Below are positions 56,557 to 64,000 of a stretch of 64,000 nt of DNA, in pieces. Both the position numbers and the translations under genes were made by a program. How positions within the stretch are numbered: position 1 is the first letter of the stretch; each line of letters opens with the position of its first letter. Origin of the DNA: Alphaproteobacteria bacterium (GTDB lineage Bacteria; Pseudomonadota; Alphaproteobacteria; UBA828); the NCBI GenBank assembly GCA_965214705.1, contig CBDCCI010000002.1, forward strand, positions 1,152,001-1,216,000. The letters run 5' to 3'. The notes below the pieces were generated by a model. The model searched no databases. It was not told where the DNA came from and saw only the letters and a program-made list of their open reading frames with translations.

Positions 56557-57573
56557 ATGAGGACCACCGACCCTGGGAACCAGTTCGGCTTCCTGATGGT
56601 CCCGAAATTCTCGCTCGGCGCGCTGTCCAGCGCGATCGAGTCGCTTCGGCTCGCGAACTACGTCAGCGGCCAGACCCTCTACGAATGGCACACCGTCTCC
56701 GCGGACGGCGAGGCCGTGGCGTCATCCGCAGGGCTCAGCGTCGCCGCGGACCTGTCGATCGGAGACGCCGCCGAACGGCTTTCAACTGTCTTCGTCTGTG
56801 GCGGTATCGATACCCACCTGTTCAAGGACGCGCGACTCGCCGTCTGGCTGCGCCAGATCGAGCGGCGCGGCACCAACATCGGCGCGCTCTGCACAGGCAG
56901 CCACGTGCTCGCGCGCCTCGGGCTGCTCGACGGCTATCGCTGCACCATCCATTGGGAAAACCTGCCGGGCTTCATCGAAGATTTTCCCAGCGTCGAGGTC
57001 AGCGAGGACATCTTCGTCATCGACCGCAACCGCTACACCTGCGCGGGCGGCATGGCGGCCTCCGACATGATGCTGAGCTTCATCAACCGCGATCACGGCT
57101 ACGAGTTGGCCGCAGCGGTCTCGGAGGGGCTGGTGTGCGAGCGCATCAGGGGCGAGGACGACCACCAGCGGATGGCGTTGCGCCTTCGCCTCGCGGTGAG
57201 CCAGCCCAAGCTGCTCGCCACCATCAACGTAATGTCCGAGAACATCGAGGCGCCGCTCAGCCAGACCGAGCTCGCGCGGGAAATCGGCCTCTCGACCCGC
57301 CAGCTGGAGCGGCTGTTCCTGAAGTACCTGAACTGCACGCCCAGCCGCTATTACCTCGACATGCGGCTCAACCGCGCGCGCGCCCTGCTGCAGCAGACCT
57401 GCATGTCGGTGACCAACGTGGCGCTGGCCACCGGCTTCGTCTCGGCATCGCATTTCTCGAAGTCGTACCGCCTGCACTTCGGGCACGCACCGCGCGACAC
57501 CAAGCGGCTGACCAGCGGCTCGCCTCCCTTCCGCGCGGTCGACGCCGAATTGCCGGAGCCGGCGTCACTGTAA
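56557..57573 (+). CDS. GlxA-family (GATase-like domain plus AraC) transcriptional regulator
   Basis: AIESLRLAN, GALCTGS, CTIHWEN, TCAGG, RQLERLF, ATGFVSASHFSKSY. Confidence 0.93.
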   Translation: MRTTDPGNQFGFLMVPKFSLGALSSAIESLRLANYVSGQTLYEWHTVSADGEAVASSAGLSVAADLSIGDAAERLSTVFVCGGIDTHLFKDARLAVWLRQIERRGTNIGALCTGSHVLARLGLLDGYRCTIHWENLPGFIEDFPSVEVSEDIFVIDRNRYTCAGGMAASDMMLSFINRDHGYELAAAVSEGLVCERIRGEDDHQRMALRLRLAVSQPKLLATINVMSENIEAPLSQTELAREIGLSTRQLERLFLKYLNCTPSRYYLDMRLNRARALLQQTCMSVTNVALATGFVSASHFSKSYRLHFGHAPRDTKRLTSGSPPFRAVDAELPEPASL

Positions 57574-57616
57574 CCGGCGCCGCGCCAGGGCGACGCGGTC
57601 AGGCGAATTAGGACTT

Positions 57617-57658
57617 TGTCGCGGGCCGGCAAGCCGGTGTCGCGTGTAGGACAGACTG
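57617..57658 (+). promoter_or_regulatory. Tandem TGTCGC-N8-AA-N5 direct repeat, putative GlxA-family operator
   Basis: TGTCGC gggccggc AA gccgg TGTCGC gtgtagga CA gactg; 21-bp period; upstream of the corrinoid operon. Confidence 0.65.
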
Positions 57659-57794
57659 TCCGCCCCCATGTGATTGAAGAGAAACCGGGCTAAGGTGCCG
57701 CGCCGCGTGCCCGCAACGCGGGTCTGTAACGCAAGCGTGCGGTGCCGATAAGCAACAGCCCGGCGCCGTCAACGCCCGAATCAGGACAGTGGCC

Positions 57795-58505
<711 letters not shown>

Positions 58506-58517
58506 CGCTCGCGCGCA

Positions 58518-59201
58518 ATGGTAGAAGCCGCGACGCCTGAGCACACTGACCTCTCGGTCGATGAGGAGGCCGCCTTCGCGTCCGCCGGGCCGGCCCGTGC
58601 GCTCATCATTGCCTGCGGCGCGCTCGCCCGCGAGATCGTGGATTTCCGCGCGGCCAACGGCTTCGATCACCTCGACATCACCTGCCTGCCCGCCAAGCTG
58701 CACAACCGCCCGCACCTCATCCCCGAGGCGGTGCGCACGAAGATCAAGGCCAACAAGGCCGACTACCGCGCCATCTTCGTCGCCTACGGCGATTGCGGCA
58801 CCGGCGGCCTGCTCGACACGGTGATCGCGGAGGAAGGCGTCGAGCGTATCGACGGGCCGCATTGTTACGCCTTCTACACCGGCCAGGAGGCGTTCGCCGC
58901 CATCACCGACGATGATCCCACCCAGTTCTTCCTGACCGACTACATGGTGCGCCACTTCGACCGGCTGATCATCGAGGGCCTGGGGCTGGACCGCTGGCCC
59001 GAGCTGCGCGACGACTACTTCGGCAACTACACCAACTGCGTCTACATCTCCCAGGTCCGCGACGCGGCGCTGGAGGCCAAGGCCCGCGTGGCGGCCGAGC
59101 GGCTGGGGCTCGGCTATGTCCACCGGCATGTGGGCTACGGCGAGCTCGCGGGCTTCATGGAAGCGGCCGCCGCCGCCGGCGAGCAAGCAGGAGCGCCATG
59201 A
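58518..59201 (+). CDS. DUF1638 domain protein
   Basis: IACGALARE, LHNRP, YGDCGTGG, PHCY.FY, FFLTDY, YFGNY. Confidence 0.88.
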   Translation: MVEAATPEHTDLSVDEEAAFASAGPARALIIACGALAREIVDFRAANGFDHLDITCLPAKLHNRPHLIPEAVRTKIKANKADYRAIFVAYGDCGTGGLLDTVIAEEGVERIDGPHCYAFYTGQEAFAAITDDDPTQFFLTDYMVRHFDRLIIEGLGLDRWPELRDDYFGNYTNCVYISQVRDAALEAKARVAAERLGLGYVHRHVGYGELAGFMEAAAAAGEQAGAP

Positions 59202-60124
59202 CACGCACCGTCGTCAGTTCCGCCACCAAAGAGGTGGTGATTGGGTTCGGCGAGCCCTTCTGCATCATCGGCGAGCGGATCAACCCCACCGGACGCAAGC
59301 TGCTGATGGCGGAGATGGCGGCGGGCGACTATTCGCGTGTGGAGAAGGACGCGCTGGCCCAGGTCGCCGCCGGTGCGCACATGCTGGACGTGAACGCGGG
59401 CGTGCCGCTCGCCGACGAGCCCAAGATCCTCGCCGAGTGCATCCAGCTGGTCCAATCGCTGGTGGACGTGCCGCTCTCCATCGACAGCTCCATCGTGGCC
59501 GCGCTGGAGGCGGGTCTGGAGGTCTATCAGGGCAAGCCGCTGCTCAACTCGGTGACCGGCGAGGAGGAGCGACTGGAATCGGTGCTACCGCTGGTGAAGA
59601 AGTACTGCTGCGCCGTCGTCGCCATCTCCAACGACGAGAGCGGCATCTCCGAGGACCCCGACGAGCGCTTCGCCATCGCGAAGATGATCGTCGAGCGCGC
59701 CATGGACCACGGCATCCCCAAGGAGGACGTGGTGGTGGACCCGCTGGTCATGCCCATCGGCGCCATCAACAAGGCGGGCGTGCAGGCCTTCGCCATCATG
59801 CGCCGGCTCAAGGAGGAGCTCGGCGTCAACTCCACCTGCGGCGCGTCCAACATCGGCTTCGGCCTGCCCAACCGGCCCAGCGTGAATGCGGCGTTTCTCA
59901 GCATGGCCGCGCGCTCGGGCCTCACCTCCGCGATCATGAACCCGCTGCACGAGGCCGAGATCGCCGCGGTCATGGCCGCCGACATGATGAACGGCAACGA
60001 TCCCGATTGCGCGCGCTGGCTCGGACGCTTCCGCGAGCCGGCAGGCGCGAATGGCGGCGAGGGCCGGCGCGGCCGGCGCGAGGGGCGCCGGCGCCGGCGG
60101 GAGGGCGCCGCCGTCAGCGCGTGA
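59198..60124 (+). CDS. Methyltetrahydrofolate:corrinoid methyltransferase (pterin-binding)
   Basis: IIGERINPTGRK, LDVNAG, SIDSS, NSVTGE, VDPLV, GASN..FGLP.R. Confidence 0.92.
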   Translation: MTRTVVSSATKEVVIGFGEPFCIIGERINPTGRKLLMAEMAAGDYSRVEKDALAQVAAGAHMLDVNAGVPLADEPKILAECIQLVQSLVDVPLSIDSSIVAALEAGLEVYQGKPLLNSVTGEEERLESVLPLVKKYCCAVVAISNDESGISEDPDERFAIAKMIVERAMDHGIPKEDVVVDPLVMPIGAINKAGVQAFAIMRRLKEELGVNSTCGASNIGFGLPNRPSVNAAFLSMAARSGLTSAIMNPLHEAEIAAVMAADMMNGNDPDCARWLGRFREPAGANGGEGRRGRREGRRRRREGAAVSA

Positions 60125-60128
60125 GCGC

Positions 60129-62138
60129 ATGAGCGAGCCCGCGCACGCGTTCGTCGTCTTCACGCCTTCCGGCAAGCGCGGGCGCTTCGCCCACGGCACG
60201 TCGGTCCTCGACGCCGCGCGGTCCATCGGCGTCGATCTCGATTCCGTGTGCGGGGGCCGGGGCCTCTGCGGTCGCTGCCAGGTGGAGGCCGGCTCCGGCC
60301 AATTCGCCAAGTTCGGGATCGAGAGCGCGCCCGATCACCTCAGCCCGCCGGGCGAGAAGGAGGCCCGCTACGCCGCCCGGCGCGGCCTCGCGGACGGCCG
60401 CCGGCTGGGCTGCTCGGCACACATCCAGGGCGATGTCGTCATCGACGTGCCGCCTGAGAGCCAGGTCCATAAGCAGGTCGTGCGCAAGCGCGCTGAGGCG
60501 CGGGACTACACCATCGATCCGGCGATCCGGCTGCACTACGTCGAGGTCGCCGAGCCCGACATGCACAATCCGCGCAGCGACTTCGAACGCCTCACCGACG
60601 CGCTCGGCACGCAGTGGGGCCTAAACGACCTCACCGCCGACCTGCACGTCCTGCAAGACCTGCAGCGCGCGCTCCGCGACGGCGAATGGTCGGCGACGGT
60701 CGCGGTCCACTGGGCCGCGCGCATCGTCGCCGTCTGGCCCGGCTTCCACGAACGCGCCTATGGCGCAGCCTTCGACATCGGCTCCACCACCATCGCCTGC
60801 CATCTGGCCGACATATCGAGCGGCGCGGTCGCGGCGTCGGCCGGGCGCATGAACCCGCAGATCCGCTTCGGCGAGGATCTGATGAGCCGGGTCTCCTACG
60901 TCATGATGAACCCCGGCGGCGAGGCCGAGCTGACCGAGGCCGTGCGCGGCGCGGTGAACGCGCTGGTCGACGAAGTCGCGGAGCAAGCGGGCGTCGAGCG
61001 CGGAGACATCCTGAACGCGGCCTTCGTCGGCAACCCGATCATGCACCACCTGCTGCTCGGCATCGACCCGACCGAGCTCGGCGGCGCGCCCTTCGCGCTC
61101 GCGGCCTCCGGCGGGCTGACCCTGCCGGCGTCCGATATCGACCTCGACATGAATCCGGGCGCGCGCGTCTACGTCCTGCCCTGCATCGCGGGCCACGTCG
61201 GTGCCGATGCGGCGGGCGTGGTGCTCTCCGAAGCGCCGCACCGGGCCGACGAGACCGTGCTGATCGTCGATGTCGGCACCAATGCGGAGATCATTCTCGG
61301 CAACAGAGAGCGGCTGCTGGCCGCGTCCTCGCCCACGGGGCCTGCGTTCGAGGGCGCGCAGATCGTTGCCGGCCAGCGCGCGGCCCCCGGCGCGATCGAG
61401 CGCGTGCGCATCGACCGCGAGACTCTGGAGGCCCGCGTCAAGGTCATCGGCTGCGACCTCTGGTCCGACGATGAAGGCTTCGCGGAGGCCACGGCCGGCA
61501 CCGGCGTCACCGGCATCTGCGGCTCCGGCATCATCGAGGCGCTGGCCGAGATGTACCTCGCCGGCATCCTGCTCGCCGACGGCACCATCGCCGGCGCCGC
61601 GCGTGCCACGACCGACCGCATCGTCGAGGACGCACGCACCTTCCGCTACCTGCTCCACCCCGGCGAGCCGGCGATCGCCATCCATCAGAACGACGTGCGC
61701 GCCATTCAGCTAGCCAAGGCGGCGCTCATGGCCGGTGCGCGGCTGCTCATGGACCGCTTCGAGATCGCGCGCGTGGACCGCATCGTGCTGACCGGCGCCT
61801 TCGGCAGCCACATCGACCCGCTCTACGCCATGGTGCTCGGCATGATCCCCGACTGCCCGCTCGACAGGGTGAGCGCCGCCGGCAACGCCGCCGGCACCGG
61901 CGCCCTGATCGCGCTGCTCGATTGCGCCGCGCGCGCGGAAATCGAGGCCGTGGTGCGTGGGATCGAGAAGGTGGAGACCGCCGTCGAGCCCGCGTTTCAG
62001 CGCCACTTCGTGGACGCCATGGCGATCCCCCACGGCACGGCGGACTACGTCCACCTGCCGCAAGCCGTCACCCTGCCCGCTGCGAAGCGCGCGCCGGCAC
62101 CCGCCGGCCGCCGCCGCAACCGCCGCCGCAAGCGTTAG
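60129..62138 (+). CDS. ASKHA-domain reductive activator of corrinoid proteins (RamA/RACE, DUF4445) with N-terminal 2Fe-2S domain
   Basis: CGGRGLCGRC...C, DIGSTT, NPQ..FGEDLMSR, DVGTNAE, GPAFEG, GICGSG, GAFG, GNAA. Confidence 0.92.
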   Translation: MSEPAHAFVVFTPSGKRGRFAHGTSVLDAARSIGVDLDSVCGGRGLCGRCQVEAGSGQFAKFGIESAPDHLSPPGEKEARYAARRGLADGRRLGCSAHIQGDVVIDVPPESQVHKQVVRKRAEARDYTIDPAIRLHYVEVAEPDMHNPRSDFERLTDALGTQWGLNDLTADLHVLQDLQRALRDGEWSATVAVHWAARIVAVWPGFHERAYGAAFDIGSTTIACHLADISSGAVAASAGRMNPQIRFGEDLMSRVSYVMMNPGGEAELTEAVRGAVNALVDEVAEQAGVERGDILNAAFVGNPIMHHLLLGIDPTELGGAPFALAASGGLTLPASDIDLDMNPGARVYVLPCIAGHVGADAAGVVLSEAPHRADETVLIVDVGTNAEIILGNRERLLAASSPTGPAFEGAQIVAGQRAAPGAIERVRIDRETLEARVKVIGCDLWSDDEGFAEATAGTGVTGICGSGIIEALAEMYLAGILLADGTIAGAARATTDRIVEDARTFRYLLHPGEPAIAIHQNDVRAIQLAKAALMAGARLLMDRFEIARVDRIVLTGAFGSHIDPLYAMVLGMIPDCPLDRVSAAGNAAGTGALIALLDCAARAEIEAVVRGIEKVETAVEPAFQRHFVDAMAIPHGTADYVHLPQAVTLPAAKRAPAPAGRRRNRRRKR

Positions 62139-62247
62139 AGCGTGTCCGTTCTTAACGGACGCGCGACAGGCCGCGACCGCGGCCCGCCGCGCATGCGGCG
62201 CCCTCGCGGAGGCGCCGGCCGTAGGCCGGCTGCCGTGAGCGACAAAT
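62136..62247 (+). repeat. 112-bp multi-hairpin dispersed repeat, copy 2
   Basis: Begins at the TAG stop of the ASKHA gene; matches 38694-38805. Confidence 0.9.
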
Positions 62248-62256
62248 TGCCGGGGC

Positions 62257-63792
62257 CTAGGCGAAGGCGTCGGGCATAGAGGCCTTTTTCTTCGCGATGA
62301 ACTCCTTGAGCGCCTCGTCCACGCCGGGGTCGATGGGCGGCGCCTCGTAGGCGGCCAGCATCGACTTGAACAGGTCGTGCGCTCGTTGCGTCGTGTCCTT
62401 GGAGCCGTCCGACTGCCATTGCTCGAAGCTCGAGTTGTCGGCGACGGGGGAGCGGTAGAAGGCGGTCTCGAAGTTCGCCTGGGTGTGGGCGCAGCCGAGG
62501 AAGTGGCTGCCAGGCCCCACTTCCCTGATCGCATCCAGCGCCTGTCCGTTGGCAGACAGGTCGTAGCCGTTCGCCAGCACCTGCATCATGCCGAGCTGGT
62601 CCGCGTCCATGACGAACTTCTCGTAGCCGCTCGCGAGCCCGCCTTCGAGCCAGCCCGCGCCGTGGAGCACGAAGTTGGTGCCGGCGAGCACGGTCGGCAG
62701 CAGCGTGTTTGCGCTCTCGTAAGCGGCCTGCGCGTCGGGCAGCTTCGACGCGGTGAGCGCGCCGCCGCTGCGGAAGGGGACGCCCAGCCGCCGCGCCAGC
62801 GCGGCGAGGCCGAAGATCGCGAGCGTTGCCTCCGGCGTGCCGAAGGTCGGCGCGCCGCTCTGCATCGACATGGAGCTGAGGAAGCTGCCGAAGATCACCG
62901 GCGCCCCCGGCCGGCAGAGCTGGGCGAGCGCGATGCCGGCCATGGCCTCCGCCAGCGTCTGCGCCATGGTGCCCGCGACCGAGACCGGCGCCATCGCGCC
63001 CGCCAGGATGAACGGGGTGATCAGCAGGCCCTGGTTGGCGCGGGCATAGACCTTGAGCGCGCCCAGCATGGTCGCGTCGAAGGTCATCGGCGAGTTGGCG
63101 TTGATCAGGCTGACCATGACGGGGTTGGCGTCGATGACGTCGGCGCCAAAGAGGATCTTCGCCATCTCTACCGAGTCCGCCGCGCGCTCGGGGTGCGTGA
63201 CCGAGCCCATGAACGGCTTGTCGGAATAGCGCATGTGCGCGTAGACCATGTCGAGGTGGCGCTTGTTGACGGGCACGTCCACCGGCTCGCACACCGTGCC
63301 GCCGGAGTGGTGCATCGCCGGCGTCATGTAGGCGAGCTTGACGATGTTCTGGAAATCTTCGAGCTGGGCGTAGCGCCGCCCCTTCTCGATGTCGAAGATG
63401 AAGGGCGGGCCGTAGACCGGCGCGAAGACCGTGTTGCGGCCGCCCATCTCGACCGACCGCTCGGGGTTGCGGGCGAGCTGCGTGAAGCTCTGTGGTGCGG
63501 TCGAGACCAGATGGCGCGCGAGCCCGCGCGGAAAGCGCACCCGTTCGCCGTCGATGTCGGCGCCGGCATCCTTGAACAGTTCAAGCGCTTCCGCGTCGTC
63601 GCGAAAGTCGATCCCGATCTCCTCGAGGATCGTGTCCGCGTTCTCCTCGATCAGGGCCAGCCCCTCGTCGGTCAGCAGCCCGACCGAGGGGATGTCGCGC
63701 GTGATGTAGCGCAGCTGCTCGATGCCGCCGCCGGTCCGCTCCGCGCGCCGCGCCGCGCGTCCGCCGCCGCGGCGGCCGCCTCGTTTCGTCAT
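62257..63792 (-). CDS. Non-pyrrolysine trimethylamine methyltransferase (MttB/MtgB) family protein
   Basis: ILEEIGI.F, CEPVDVP, SDKPFMGS, INANSP, GAMAPVS, GAPTFGTPE, SKLPDAQA, HGAGWLEGGL; no in-frame TAG. Confidence 0.93.
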   Translation of the reverse strand: MTKRGGRRGGGRAARRAERTGGGIEQLRYITRDIPSVGLLTDEGLALIEENADTILEEIGIDFRDDAEALELFKDAGADIDGERVRFPRGLARHLVSTAPQSFTQLARNPERSVEMGGRNTVFAPVYGPPFIFDIEKGRRYAQLEDFQNIVKLAYMTPAMHHSGGTVCEPVDVPVNKRHLDMVYAHMRYSDKPFMGSVTHPERAADSVEMAKILFGADVIDANPVMVSLINANSPMTFDATMLGALKVYARANQGLLITPFILAGAMAPVSVAGTMAQTLAEAMAGIALAQLCRPGAPVIFGSFLSSMSMQSGAPTFGTPEATLAIFGLAALARRLGVPFRSGGALTASKLPDAQAAYESANTLLPTVLAGTNFVLHGAGWLEGGLASGYEKFVMDADQLGMMQVLANGYDLSANGQALDAIREVGPGSHFLGCAHTQANFETAFYRSPVADNSSFEQWQSDGSKDTTQRAHDLFKSMLAAYEAPPIDPGVDEALKEFIAKKKASMPDAFA

Positions 63793-64000
63793 GGTTTGCC
63801 GCCGTCTGAAGCCGGTTTCATCGGAGAGAATCTATCGTTGTTTCCGCGTGACTGCACCGACTGGGTTGGCGTCCCTTGAGGCGGTGCAAGTTCCCGCCAA
63901 AATAAGGCGTTCACGGACGAGCAAGTGGAGCAGATCAATTTCGGATTCGAATGGGCCGCCATCGGGGCGGACGGATGCACAGGTTTCCGAGCGGTGCCGC

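Noticed and set aside
57661-57790. Possible cobalamin or SAM riboswitch before the corrinoid gene (AAGGTGCC, CCCGCAAC, CTGTAA, CCGGGCT/AGCCCGG stem)
   Set aside because: Lacks the AGGGAA and B12-box elements and the SAM cores; pairing is plausible by chance at this GC. An Rfam scan would settle it
62257-63792. Pyrrolysine recoding in MttB
   Set aside because: Frame is open with no internal TAG; the equivalent position appears to be Leu in GGALTASK
63884-63903. Sigma54-like TTGGCGGGAACTTGCA upstream of mttB
   Set aside because: GG to GC spacing is 9 nt rather than the required 10

Overview
High-GC alphaproteobacterial chromosome segment (Rhodospirillales-like gene content and order; taxonomy inferred, not tested). 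Bases 1-17160 are mostly conserved housekeeping genes: a partial LivK-type binding protein, uvrC-pgsA-mobB-moeA-moaD-moaE, a lower-GC GT9/O-antigen ligase pair, ilvE, MarR-OmpR-EnvZ, ybjN-proC, gpt and a coxD/coxE-like pair. From about 17200 to 43700, after a LivH remnant, lies a dense block of uncharacterised catabolic genes: a GcvT-type N-demethylase, choline-kinase-like, CrtI-like, two PhyH, a Rieske dioxygenase with a TMADH-family amine dehydrogenase, a scattered sugar-type ABC transporter with two tiny membrane ORFs, and a three-subunit Co-type nitrile hydratase/thiocyanate hydrolase-like enzyme between two amidohydrolases. Next come a circularly permuted ATP-grasp/alpha-E/transglutaminase operon with a homopolymer frameshift, an intact IS1634-family element (17-bp TIRs, TAGA duplication) inserted in the 3' end of a sterol-desaturase-family gene of a Fur-boxed DUF4856 operon, a TgnB/TgnD-like pair, and a GlxA-regulated corrinoid methyl-transfer cluster with a non-pyrrolysine MttB. 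A 112-bp multi-hairpin repeat with stem-preserving substitutions occurs twice. No rRNA, tRNA or CRISPR array was seen. All family calls come from recognising motifs by eye, without database searches.
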